Assembly (NCBI GenBank): GCA_964016885.1
Contig: OZ024750.1
Location: 2,418,001-2,482,000 of the forward strand
Length of the DNA: 64,000 bases
From: Eledone cirrhosa
Taxonomy: Eukaryota
Direction: 5' to 3'
Made by a program: the position numbers and the translations under genes
Notes under the pieces: generated by a model
Databases searched by the model: none
The model's input: the letters and a program-made list of their open reading frames with translations, nothing else
Told to the model about the DNA's origin: nothing
Part shown: positions 1 to 13,870 of the stretch, piece by piece
How positions within the stretch are numbered: the stretch's first letter is position 1
How the letters are laid out: each line of letters opens with the position of its first letter

Positions 1-182
1 TTAAATTAGTAACATCATCTCTCCACCACACACTTCTTGTATCTAGGCTTATCTTTATAGAAACTATATGGATCATCTACATAGTTATAGTTTGTTTTTT
101 CAGACTTCACACAGACACAAACACACAAAATTCACAAAATATAAACTCAAGTAGTAAATAAATAACTGATATTTTTACTCAC

Positions 183-299
183 TCGAGCTTGTTCTAACTG
201 AGTAAGTGCTTGGTGCTCCGTTTCTCTTCGTAAAGCTTCCCTTTCTTCATCCAGAGACAGGTCAGTTGATGGCTGGCTGCATGTTGACTCTGCCGATCC
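183..299 (-). CDS. CACNB: Internal coding exon of voltage-gated calcium channel beta subunit (Cav-beta), pre-SH3 segment
   Basis: The minus strand reads ttctcttgtag|GGA TCG GCA GAG...CAA GCT CGA|gtgagt, giving 117 nt in phase 0/0. It translates to GSAESTCSQPSTDLSLDEEREALRRETEHQALTQLEQAR, recognisably homologous to vertebrate CACNB [40 protein letters not shown]. The gene continues left of the window. Confidence 0.95.
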
Positions 300-1984
300 C
301 TACAAGAGAAATAAAAAATAAAAACATTAGTAAGGAATTAAAAACCATAGACATTAGAACCAAGATATCAGTCATTACTGCAAAACATTATACAAGAAAT
401 TAGAAAATATGTATTAAAAAAATATTTAGAATTTAAAATCCTGAAGACCAAGAGTCAGCTGAAGTAAAAAAAAAAAAAAAATAGCAATTTTGGAGGTTCC
501 ACTTCCAAAGAAAACCATTTGTTACACTCCTAAAATATTTTTTTCCTGAAAATTCTTAAACAGAAGAAAATCACATTTCCTGATGTGAGAAGAATGTTTT
601 TACATTTGTAATCAAAAGTTTGTTTATAGAGAAAAAGGAAAAACATATCCAAAATAATATGAAGATATAAACTAGATTAATATTATTTCAATACAATAGT
701 AACCTAAAACCACTCATAATGGATATGTTGGAAAGATGCAGTTTAACAATAGAGAATATAACATATTTATTGAAATATTGTTGAGCAGGAATAGAGTCAA
801 AACTATTTTGATTTAGGATGAAATATAAAAGCTCTCAAATGAGATGAAAAATATAGACCATTCAAGCTTATTTTGACTAGAGGCTTCTTATTATGTATGA
901 GAGTTATTAATGCCTTGAGTGAGCCAAACTTGTATTCTAATTTTGTGATTCATAGTTGAGGTTATAGCACTTAACGTTTACTTGTAATTAATAGCTTGAA
1001 GAGGGATGAAATCTATTAATATTGATACAAATGACAATGAAGTCTTTATAAACATGGCATCTACATGAGAATAAATATACATGACAACTTATATACATGA
1101 CAATCAAGTCATTAGTAGTATCCCCAATGACTTAATGGCTTTAGGAGCATTTTTATTTTTATTTTCCAATAGTTCAGAGATTTTTTTTCCTTTCACTTCT
1201 GGCTTAAAGATTGTGTTTATATAACCAAACTGGACCATCAGTAGATACCAGTTAGCTGACTATTAAGGGGCTTTACTTAATATCACAAATAGAGTTTAAA
1301 TTCATGGCCCATGTGTAAAATATTCAAAAGAGAGTCTTACATGCTAACATCTTGGCATATATGAAATGAGAAATGGCAATATATTCTCTGCAAATTTATT
1401 TTAAATTGGTTTGTCTGAGTCTTAAACCAAATATTCTCTCATTGATTACTTATCAAATTTTCAAGCTGTCAAAAATGAAGCATAATTACTTGACCATTAT
1501 AGTAGAATTACCATTATGAGTTTGACCAATATGGTTCTGAACATGCTTAATTAAAACAAATATTTTTATAGCCAGGTGGCTCTCTTAGTATTCTGTATTG
1601 TCTATTTCAGAACAGCCCTTTAAAATAACATGGTTCACAAGGATTTATTTTCATGGAGATAAACATTATTCCAAATGCATCCATGTCTCTTCACAAACAC
1701 AAAAATATATATTAAACAGGATCTCTTTAATACCACAACAGATAATATAGTCTTGTAAGAAATAACCATTTTTCAATGATATGGAAAAGTTTATAATTCT
1801 AGAAAAAATATTTGAAACACAACAAAATGTCTATCTGGGTTTGAAAATTTTATATTGTATTTTGATGGTGTAATTTTATATTCTTAGTCTCAAATTTAAC
1901 ATTTTATATCTTTGATTTCTATTCAAATGCTCAGTGTTGAGATATTCTAACAAAGTTTATATATGATCAACTATTCTTCAGAGC

Positions 1985-2403
1985 ACCTGTTGAGTCAGTA
2001 TTTTGTATGGATCAGTTACATGGACCTGAGCACTTGAGAAGAAACTAGATGGTGCAACACTAAAATGTTTAGGGTTGTACAAATCAAACTGGTGTCACCA
2101 TATTACAAAATGGAAGTTTATATGGAAACTAGCCCAAGATAACAACTACAATTGCTCAAAGACAGTTACAATTTGGAAAACATTGCTGGAGAAGTAAGCA
2201 GGAAGTTATACACAAGCTACTATTGTAGGAACCAACTCATGGGTGACACAGTAGAGGAAGATCTGCTTGAATCGTCATCTATCAACTCTCAGATGATACA
2301 AACTTCAATAGGGATCAGTTGCCAGGAGCGATGGAGGATTGTGAATTGTGGACTTTGTCAGGAATATTTCACTGTGGTCACAACAATGATGATGATGATG
2401 GAC
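1985..2403 (+). mobile_element. Degenerate 3' end of RTE-like non-LTR retrotransposon
   Basis: A broken frame reads LYGN*PKITTTIAQRQLQFGKHCWRSKQEVIHKLLL*EPTHG*HSRGRSA...AMEDCELW, typical of the RTE-type ORF C-terminus. It ends in a (GAT)n tail, and a second copy lies at 35476. Confidence 0.75.
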
Positions 2404-3634
2404 TGAGGTATTTTCTTTTTAACCGAGTATCTGTAGAAATATTTCCATCAAATTTCCTTTTGAACTTAATAATGTAAATATAGTAATTGAACAGAAGAAA
2501 ACAGTAAATATTTATCAATAAACATTTCTGTTAATTACAACAAAACATCTGGTAGCAATAATTGGAGTATTTGTTGGAAAGATTATCTATAACAAGTTTT
2601 ACAATGCAAGTCGTAGAAATGTGAGAAGCTCTTAAAGAGTTGGGTGTAACTAGATTTCACTTGACACCACAATTGGTTCTTGTGTGCCTTTAGCAGAAAC
2701 CATTCTATTCTAAGCATTCAGACAAGGTCCCTGATCTGAGGATGCTTTCCTAACTCAGTTTCAGAGACCCTGAAACAGGTCTTGAACACTTCACTCCTGA
2801 TTAAACAATAAAAAAAGTCTTATGATCCTATAAATCTGACAATAGAGAGCACCATAAAATGCAAGACAAATTATTGGTGAACCAAATCAAAGATCCACAT
2901 GTGAAATTATATCAAATTCCTGATGTGGATAATTAATTGGGAAAGAAATGAACACCACAACCCTTTCTTTACTGTATAAGTACTAGACATTGTGTTAAAT
3001 CAAAGAAAATTAATATTTGCTGTTATAATGTTGTTGTTTTTTATGTTAAGTTTGTTGCTGAAAGTTAGTTTATCTCATATAAATTCAATTTACCAGAGAT
3101 CATCTTAGGCAAGAGTAGTTAGGATCTATATAACCTTTCTCTTTCTCTCAAAGAAGTTTCCACTTGTGAATATTTGAAAAGCTATGATAAGGCTATCAAT
3201 ATGATGTATACTGAAAGTTCTCCTCTTGGGAATATAATCAATAACTTGATATGTTGTTAAGTTCAGTTACAAAAATAACATTAAAAATGACATTATAAGA
3301 CATCCACTGTTTATATAGCTTAAACATTTAAATGTAAGATCCTCATTTGATATATTTGTAGTGCAATGAAACTGCTATTTACATGAGAAACTTTTCAAAC
3401 TTCCGACGTCAATTTTTCATTTTAAAGCTTATTTAAAAGTAAGTTGCGATCCTAAGATCCCCTTCGCTTCTATGCCAATCCTTGGTACAGACATTGATAC
3501 CTGCAATGGGTTTTGGTACTAAGCAAACATATAATGTTGTTAATTAAATCTTAGTAGAAACTCTGAGTGAGTCGAAATAGATTAACAGTGTTTCAACTGT
3601 AGGTAAGGTAGAGGAGCCTTGATTCCTGATCATG

Positions 3635-4412
3635 TCATAGGGGTGCCATCCTGACACATGGTGTCATAGGGGTGCCATCCTGACACATGGTGTCATAGGG
3701 GTGCCATCCTGACACATGGTGTCGTAGGGGTGCTGTCCTGACACATGGTGTCGTAGGGGTGCCATCCTGACACATGGTGTCGTAGGGGTGCCATCCTGAC
3801 ACATGGTGTCGTAGGGGTGCCATCCTGACACATGGTGTCGTAGGGGTGCCATCCTGACACATGGTGTCGTAGGGGTGCTGTCCTGACACATGGTGTCGTA
3901 GGGGTGCCATCCTGACACATGGTGTCGTAGGGGTGCTGTCCTGACACATGGTGTCGTAGGGGTGCTGTCCTGAGACATGGTGTCGTAGGGGTGCCATCCT
4001 GACACATGGTGTCGTAGGGGTGCTGTCCTGACACATGGTGTCGTAGGGGTGCCATCCTGACACATGGTGTCATAGGGGTGCCATCCTGACACATGGTGTC
4101 GTAGGGGTGCTGTCCTGAGACATGGTGTCGTAGGGGTGCTGTCCTGACACATCGTGTCGTAGGGGTGCCATCCTGACACATGGTGTCGTAGGGGTGCTGT
4201 CCTGAGACATGGTGTCGTAGGGGTGCTGTCCTGACACATCGTGTCGTAGGGGTGCCATCCTGACACATGGTGTCGTAGGGGTGCTGTCCTGAGACATGGT
4301 GTCGTAGGGGTGCCATCCTGACACATGGTGTCGTAGGGGTGCTGTCCTGAGACATGGTGTCGTAGGGGTGCCATCCTGACACATGGTGTCGTAGGGGTGC
4401 TGTCCTGACACA
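3635..4412. repeat. 29-bp minisatellite, about 27 copies
   Basis: Unit gtcgtaggggtgccatcctgacacatggt with ccat/ctgt variants. Confidence 0.97.
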
Positions 4413-4956
4413 TGATGTGGCTTTGGAATTTTAAATCTGGTGGAGTACATCCATTTCAAGGTTGCAATGCAGCCAATTTCTTCCAAAGAATCGACCTCAA
4501 AAAGATAAAAGGCAAAGTTGATCTCGGCGCCAAGATCTCAGTGTGCCAGAACAAAAATTGAGGTAATTTTAAGCCAATGCCTTAAACAATTCTGCCAATT
4601 CACTGCTTTGTCTACTGTAGAAAGGATTGAAATGTTGTAGGTGAGGGATGAGACTGAAGTAGTTTAGAAATAAGAATAGGAAATGGCGAAGCAAGTAGGT
4701 AGGTAACTAGTGCTGTCCAAAATGAATTAGAACTGTTGGTATGATTAATGTGAAAGCAGAGAATTGTGCACACTATGCCAACATGAAAACTAATATACAT
4801 GTATAAAAATGTTCATGACAATAGTGATGAATGACAAGGAAAATGTAATAACTTTTTAAAACTGATATCATACCAGCTGGGAACTATCTGGACTCTACTA
4901 GGGGATGCATCTGTAAACTATGGCAGTGCATCATTTGTTTGCAGTGTACAACATAC

Positions 4957-5052
4957 CTCAACAGCTGGCTCGCTGCACATATTTGATGTGAGACATGCAG
5001 ATATTAGAGTCCTTCCTTCCTCCCCTATAATAGAAGGTAGTCGTTGCTCCAT
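4957..5052 (-). CDS. CACNB: Candidate alternative first coding exon of Cav-beta (MEQRLPSIIGEEGRTLISACLTSNMCSEPAVE)
   Basis: aaaATGG start preceded by an in-frame TAA, 32 open codons, and a strong phase-0 donor GAG|gtatgt compatible with exon 183..299. It lies in a non-repetitive, locally GC-richer island. No homology recognised. Confidence 0.5.
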
Positions 5053-6996
5053 TTTCCATAGTGCACATTATGTAGCCGGATGTAACAGTTTGAATCTGAA
5101 CAGCAGAAATATTCTTTCATTGATTTTATAAAACAGAGTGAGAAAATTCAAGATGTGCTAAGTGTGAAATTTAAGACAAGAATGGCTAGTGCTTCCATGG
5201 TCTTAGAAAGGTTAAATAGAAGGACGTTCACTATTACTTCAATAAGATGACACAAAAAAAAAGGAGAAAAAGAATAAATTAATGTAAAATTCAGTCTTGT
5301 AGATCAATAAGCATAAAGTCAAGTGTCTGGACTTGAAGACACCATGTGTATATTAGAAGTCTTCATATACAACTAGATATTATATCCCCACCAGAATTGA
5401 ATATTTAAATAAATGAAATTTTAAAATATACAATTATAAATAGGGTTGTTTAGAAAATGAAAAAATATGAAAAAGATCATCATGATGATTACAACCATAA
5501 TCTGACATCATCATCATCATTATAAAATATGTTTTTCTATATTGGTATAAAGAAAAAGAATAGGGTCAGAGATAGAAAGACATCTTAAAGGAGATTGTAT
5601 TTTGAAACAGGGAAACTTTAAATAAAAATGATTTAAAAAAAAAGGCATTTTCTGTAATTCCACAATTACTATCACTAAAACAAACAATAATATTCTAGAC
5701 CTAATGAAGAAGAAGCCTCTATACAGTCCTCCAGCATAAAATAACAACTAAATTTCCCTCAAATCAGATTCGACCTTCTTAGAAAAAAAAGACCCATTGA
5801 AGAATATACAAAAAGAGGATGACCACAATTGAAACAGCTTTTATCAAAGAGTTGACCTAGAGTTAAACAACAGTAACAACAACAATATTCTTGACCCAGC
5901 AAAGATGTCTCTACTTGGCCACTCATCCTGTTAGAAATAGGAACCAAATCGCCCTCATTAACCACTACTCATTAAGAAAATTAAGGACATGCAATGTCTC
6001 TCAATTTGTAGATAAAATAAAAATTGTTTGGTTATGATTTGAATGTCTTTGAAAAGAGACCTGCTGAATCAGGGCTGACCTGGGGCTAAAGAGCAACAAC
6101 AACAACAAACAAATCTTCTTGTATCATGAATATCAATAATTTAATGGTTTCTTTTTTCAAATCTTACTAAAATACAAAAAAAATCTTTCAGTCTTTCATT
6201 ACTGTATTTCTAATGAAATACTCTGTATTTTAATTAATTAATGAAGAATTTGGGAAGGATTTACTAAAATTGTGATTTCATTAAGATGATATCTTTAAAA
6301 TAATGTTTCATATAAAATTACATTGGAACCCTTTAAAATGGGTTGTTTTGGGTAGGGTATTATTAAAAGGGTTAAATACAAATATACAAACACACCGTCA
6401 AGGTATTTAAGTAGTATAAGACAGCATAAGACATTAATTTATAGTGTTTTATATGCAGCAATAGTGGGATAGGGAGCGTTTATTATAATATTTCAAACGA
6501 TTTAGTAGTCAATATAGATACAGTATTGTTCACAACACTATCATAATCATTATTATCATTTCATTATATTTTCTTGCTATCAGTCATTAAACATACATAT
6601 TCAGAGATGTATATATACACTAGTATATTTACATACTCTCTTACAGATATCATCATCATATACATGTTTATATCTCACCCTCACACTCTCTTACAGTTCT
6701 CATATTTTTACCTTTCCAAACATTATTAGAGTGTTATGAGAAGTAAAACCTCTCCTGCTAATAAAACCAGTTAAAACCTACTGAATGACAGACATTTAAC
6801 ATGTATATATACACACCTCTCAACAAGAATATACATACATGTATATTGTATATATATTTATATATGGGATGTGGCAGTAGTATCTGAACACAAAGAAGTG
6901 AGAAACAGTAGCTATGAGTGAAACATCAGCTTGGAACAATTAAACTCTATTACATATACTGAATGTATTTCCTCACATTTATGTGTGTATATAATA

Positions 6997-7073
<77 letters not shown>

Positions 7074-7108
7074 TAGGCTGAACACCGTTTCATTCAGTCG
7101 GTTTGGTT

Positions 7109-7448
7109 TGGTGTTTAAATTTTAAATATTGCTTGTGTGTGTGTGCGTGTATATTATATATATATATACACACACACATAGAGAGAGAGAGAGATTTTCT
7201 GTAGAGGAATGAAAAGAAAATACAGTTAAATAAAGTACTCAATACATTAAATAGAGGGTACATAATTTATTTCAAATGGAAATGACTTTTGAAATAAATT
7301 ATGTACCCTCTATTTAATGTATTGAGTACTTTATTTAACTGAATTTTCTTTTCATTCCTCTACAGAAAATCTCTCTCTCTATGTGTGTGTATATCTATCT
7401 ATATATATATATACACACACACAAGCAATATTTAAAATTTAAACACCA
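7109..7448. repeat. Long inverted repeat (about 165-bp arms, 11-nt loop)
   Basis: tggtgtttaaattttaaatattgcttg...atttcaaa [tggaaatgact] tttgaaat...caagcaatatttaaaatttaaacacca. The arms differ mainly in microsatellite length. Confidence 0.93.
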
Positions 7449-9379
7449 TCAGTGTTGTGAGAATTTTGAGAAAGAAAGGGATATAAAGTGTGATGTATTT
7501 TGTAAGAGGTCACATGACAAGCAATAGATATGTTGTTCCCGTTAAGTCGGTTTGGTTTGGTTTCTATCATCTCAAAATAGGCTTTCTATGTTAAATATTA
7601 TTTCCATTAAAAATATTAGCTATTATATAAGATAAAGAGAGAGAGAAAGAGAGAATGAAAGAGGGACTTGATAAAAGAAAGGAGACTGATTAATGCAGGT
7701 ATGTTCATGGATATACACATGAATATATAATCATTCACTCCCATATATATATATATAGGCAAGATAGATGTGTGTATATATGTTTGTGTAGTAGGTTTGT
7801 TCATTTCTGTATAGTTGTATTACATATAAACATTTTTCCTAGCACTGCCATGTTTTGGTGCATTGTGACATATATTCTGCAGCATCTTTCTGATTAAATA
7901 TAAACTATGTCAATATGTGAAAGACGGCCGATGGCGGTGAATAAAAGAGTAGAATGCCAGACTAAATACACTATGTATTATTCTCCGACTTCAATTCCAA
8001 CTTGAAATACTACCATCGTTGCGCTATCTAACCCTATGGAGTTTATAAAATAATTACCCATAATTACTAACTTGGACTCATTTCAATCTATTAAACTACA
8101 AACATTGACCTTTTATCTATGTATTTAAGAAATCAATACTGTAAAGGAAAGGTTTCCAATACAAATTTAAAAAAAAAGGTATCATCTAATTCTCTTGTTT
8201 TATTTATTTCACTCATAGTAATTAGAGTCAACAACCTGGTTTAGATTCCTTGTAAGAACCATTTCACATTGCTACTGGCATTGAAAATAGCTTGACTCTT
8301 TCAACTTTTCCATTTTCTATTTCCTATTAAATCTAATATATCTCAGTAAGGAATCTACCTGCTATAATTCAAACAGAAACACTTAAAGTCTCATAAAATC
8401 ACACAATATAAATGTTGTTATTTAGATTTAAACAACAAAACACAAACATTTCCATAGGAAAAAATGCACAAAGAATAGGATATTTTATACCCCATCTCTT
8501 GGATAAGATACAATTTAAATTTTAAATAATATCAGAATCAATAAACTATTAATGAGACCCAGTATTTCATGAAATATAATACAATTAAATTACTATGGAG
8601 ACAAAATGATATTACTAAAGAGAGGAATTTAAGAGATATAAAGATGAAAAATGAGCAATACAACAGTGATGTCTTTAGTGAGAATACATTATCACAGTTG
8701 ATATACTCTAGTAAATAACCTTTATATGATAAGATGGAATATCAGCATTTAAATACTATAATAGAAAATATAGCAGAAATTTGAAACAAATTCTTCTTAA
8801 TAAATAGACAGAGACAAACAGACAGAATTAGATAAATAGATAAATAGATATATAGATAACTAGATAGACTGATATGTAGATAAATAGATATCTTTCTAGA
8901 TAGATAGATAGTGACAAATAGACAGATAGATGGACGGTGATAATAGACAGATAGGTAGAGAGGTAGAAAGAAACAGTAATACCTAGCACATTTTACCTTT
9001 TTAAACCAAGAGATTCACCTCCCAATAAAAAGGAAAGAAAGAATGAAAGAACAAATAAGGTAAGAAGGATAAACAATTTTCTCTTTTCCAGTCTATTTAG
9101 GTTAGAAGAAAATGTGTAGAAGAGAAATGTATGCAGAGCTGTACAACAACATTGAGAGTGAAATACAATAGTAGCAAATATGGTAATCAATTTATACTTG
9201 AACAATCAACAAATGAATTTAAAAAAATCTTTTCAGAAATTTCCAAATGCAGGAGAAACATACTAGACGATCAGAACCTGACAATATTTACCACTATTTT
9301 CTGTTGCCACAAACCACATCACCCTGTTGGACCTAATCCATGTAACAATTATGAAACGAAACGTAAAATAGAGTATATT

Positions 9380-9385
9380 ATATAC

Positions 9386-9426
<41 letters not shown>

Positions 9427-9519
9427 TTGAAAGCAGGGAAAAACGGACGTAAAATGATGATGATATAATATGTATATATATAATACATATTATATATATA
9501 TAATATATATATATATAAT

Positions 9520-9602
<83 letters not shown>

Positions 9603-9905
9603 TATATATAATATATATATAATATAATATATAATAATATAATATATAATAATATATATAATAATATAATATATAATAATAATATATAATAATAATATAT
9701 ATAATATATATATAATATAATATATATATATAATATATATATAATATATATATAATATAATATATATATAATATATATATAATATAATATAATATATATA
9801 TATATAATATAATATAATATAAATATATAATATATATATAATATATATATAATATATATATAATATATATATAATATATATATATATAATATAATATATA
9901 TATAT

Positions 9906-9938
<33 letters not shown>

Positions 9939-10141
9939 ATATATATATATATAATATAATATATATATATAATATAATATATATATATAATATATATAAT
10001 ATATATATATAATATAATATATATATAATATAATATATATATATAATATATATAATATATATATATATAATATAATATATTTATATAATATATATAATAC
10101 AATATATATATAATATTATATATATAATATATATATAATAC

Positions 10142-10185
<44 letters not shown>

Positions 10186-10356
10186 TATAATATATATAAT
10201 ATAATATATATATAATATATAATATATATAATATATATATAATATATATATAATATATATATAATATATATATAATATATATATATAATATATAATATAT
10301 AATATATATATTATATATAATAATATATATATATATATATAATATATATATATAAT

Positions 10357-10399
<43 letters not shown>

Positions 10400-11438
10400 T
10401 ATATAATATATATATAATATATATATATAATATATATATATAATATATATATAATATAATATATAATATATATATATAATATATATATAATATAATATAT
10501 ATTATATAATATATATATAATATATATACATATATAATATATATATATATAATATATATATATATATAATATATATAATATATATATATATATAATATAT
10601 ATATATATAATATATATATATATATAATATATATATATATAATATATATATATATAATATATATATATATAAATAATATATATATATAATATATATATAT
10701 AAATAATATATATATAATATATATATATATATAATATATATATAATATATATATATAATATATATATATAATCATCATCATGATCATCATCATCATCAAC
10801 GTTTAACGTCCATATTCCACGCTCGCATGGGTTTGGACGGGAGTTTTCCCACTTGAGGTAAGAGTGATTGTCTTGCTCGCATCGGATTGTCTGGCGGGTT
10901 TTCTACAGCTGGATGCCCTTTCTAACACCAACCACATTTACAGTGTGGACTGGGAGGTTTTTACCGTGTTGCCTACACGGCCACATTACAGCGTGGACAG
11001 TGTGTTTTTTTGTCGTGACACCTACACGACCTGATATATATATAATATATATATATAATATATATATATATATATGGTATATATAATATATATAGTATAT
11101 ATAATATATATATAGTATATATATATAATATATATATATAATATATATATATAATATATATATATTATATAATATATATATATTATATATATATATATAC
11201 TATATATATATATACATTATATATACTATATATATAAAATAAATATATATAATATATATATATTATAAATATATATAATATATATATATTATATATATAT
11301 ATATATTATATATACTATATATATATTATATATACTATATATATATATTATATATACTATATATATATATTATATATACTATATATATATTATATATACT
11401 ATATATATTATATATACTATATATATATATTATATATA

Positions 11439-11483
<45 letters not shown>

Positions 11484-11672
11484 ATATTATATATATATAT
11501 AATATATATATATATTATATATATATATAATATATATATATATTATATATACCATATATATATATATATTATATATATATATATTATATATATATATATT
11601 ATATATATATATAATATATATATATATTATATATACCATATATATATATATATTATATATACCATATATATA

Positions 11673-11712
<40 letters not shown>

Positions 11713-11754
11713 TATTATATATATATATAATATATATATATATTATATACCATA

Positions 11755-11796
<42 letters not shown>

Positions 11797-12165
11797 CCAT
11801 ATATATATATTATATATATATATAATATATATATAAATATATATGGTATATATATATATATAATATATATATAAATATATATGGTATATATAATATACAT
11901 ATATATATAAATATATATGGTATATATAATATACATATATATATAAATATATATGGTATATATAATATACATATATATATAAATATATATGGTATATATA
12001 ATATATATATATAGTATATATAATATATATATATATATAATATATATATATAATATATATATATAATATTATATATATTATATATATATAATATATATAT
12101 ATATTATATATATATATATATAATATATATATATAATATATATATATATAATATATATATATAAT

Positions 12166-12197
<32 letters not shown>

Positions 12198-12267
12198 ATA
12201 TATATATATATATATAATATATATATATATATATAATATATATATATATATAATATATATATATAAT

Positions 12268-12301
<34 letters not shown>

Positions 12302-12425
12302 ATATATATATATAATATATATATATATATAATATATATATATATATATAATATATATATATAATATATATATATATATAATATATATATAATATATATA
12401 TATATAACAATATATATATAATATA
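9380..12425. repeat. About 3 kb degenerate (TA)n/(TAA) microsatellite field interrupted by a SINE fragment
   Basis: Almost only A/T; source of the Y/I-rich spurious ORFs. Confidence 0.97.
10771..11032 (-). mobile_element. SINE fragment with ggaagggcatccagctgtagaaa motif and (GAT)n tail (family C here)
   Basis: The same motif and/or tail recurs at about 20320..20486(+), 28826..29020(-), 31190(-), 31800(+), 41727..41884(+), 51200(-), 52220(+) and 60640(-). Confidence 0.7.
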
Positions 12426-12448
12426 TAGATATAGATAGAGAGAGAGAC

Positions 12449-12484
<36 letters not shown>

Positions 12485-12970
12485 ATATATATATATGTAT
12501 GTGTATGTCTATACTTGTATATCAGTATCTCTGCATGTGTCTGCTTGTATAAATATGTATATGCACACAAACACATCACACAGACAAACATACAGATGCA
12601 CACACATATAACACACACACACATATAACACACACACACACACACACATATATATAGACACACCTTAACTCATATGTTTGTGGAGCAGCAGGAGACTAAT
12701 AGAATCACATCAATATTCAAAGATGTAATGTTGCCATTAACAACTAGAGTGTGGAGGTGAAGGATTTACTTTGCACAACCATAATTTACATACCACCATC
12801 ACACACACACACACACTTATATATATATATACACAGACATATATACACACACACACACACATATATGTATTTGTGTGTAACATGTAGCTACATATGTATA
12901 TTCAAGTGTGTATGAATATACAAATATGTAGATAATTGTGTTTAGAAGTAAGCAGGTGTGATCATGGGTA

Positions 12971-13010
<40 letters not shown>

Positions 13011-13023
13011 ACAGGTGTATAAA

Positions 13024-13057
<34 letters not shown>

Positions 13058-13399
13058 ATATGAAGTAAACAATATATCTATACATAAGTATGTGTATAAC
13101 ATATATATGAATATATAATATATATAATGTATGTATGTATGTAGAAAACATATATATATATACATATGAAGTAAACATTATATCTATACATAAGTATGTG
13201 TATAACATATATATATTACATATATATAAAAGCCAACCTTAAATTGTGTAGTAGGTCCCAAACAGCTGAATCCAACCACCGTTTGCATATAGTAAATGGT
13301 CCATACAGAAATAATCAGCAGCAGCAAGAGAGAGAGGGGGGGGGGGTAGTAGTATTAGCAGCAGCAGCAACGTTCAATAAGGTGGAAGACAATACAATA

Positions 13400-13412
13400 A
13401 TATATACATACA

Positions 13413-13461
<49 letters not shown>

Positions 13462-13870
13462 ATGTGTCTGTGTGTATGTATATATATATTAATATTATCT
13501 ATATATATATATTATATATATATATGTGTGCATATATATTATATATGTGTATATATATATATATTATATATGTGTATATATATGTGTATATATATGTGTA
13601 TTATATATGTGTATATATATGTGTATTATATATGTGTATTATATGTGTATATATATGTGTATTATATGTGTATATATATGTGTATTATATGTGTATATAT
13701 ATGTGTATATATATGTGTATATATGTGTATATATATGTGTATATATGTGTGTATATATGTGCATATATATGTGTATATATATGTGTATATGAGTATATAT
13801 ATGTATTATATATGTATATATATGCGTGTGTGTATATATATGTGTGTGTATGTATATATATATATATATC
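13400..13870. repeat. (TA)n/(TATG)n compound microsatellite
   Basis: Direct inspection. Confidence 0.95.

Noticed and set aside
206-403. Plus-strand 65-aa ORF
   Set aside because: Antisense shadow of the real Cav-beta exon.
2152-2406. Duplicated ORF MLKDSYNLE... (also 35563..35745) as a paralogous gene
   Set aside because: Off-frame reading of an RTE-like LINE remnant.
3635-4486. His/Cys/Pro repeat proteins
   Set aside because: Translations of a 29-bp minisatellite that is open in all three minus frames.
8993-9430. ORFs and donors near 9000..9400 as further exons
   Set aside because: Donors are weak or in the wrong phase, and phase-0 frames contain stops.
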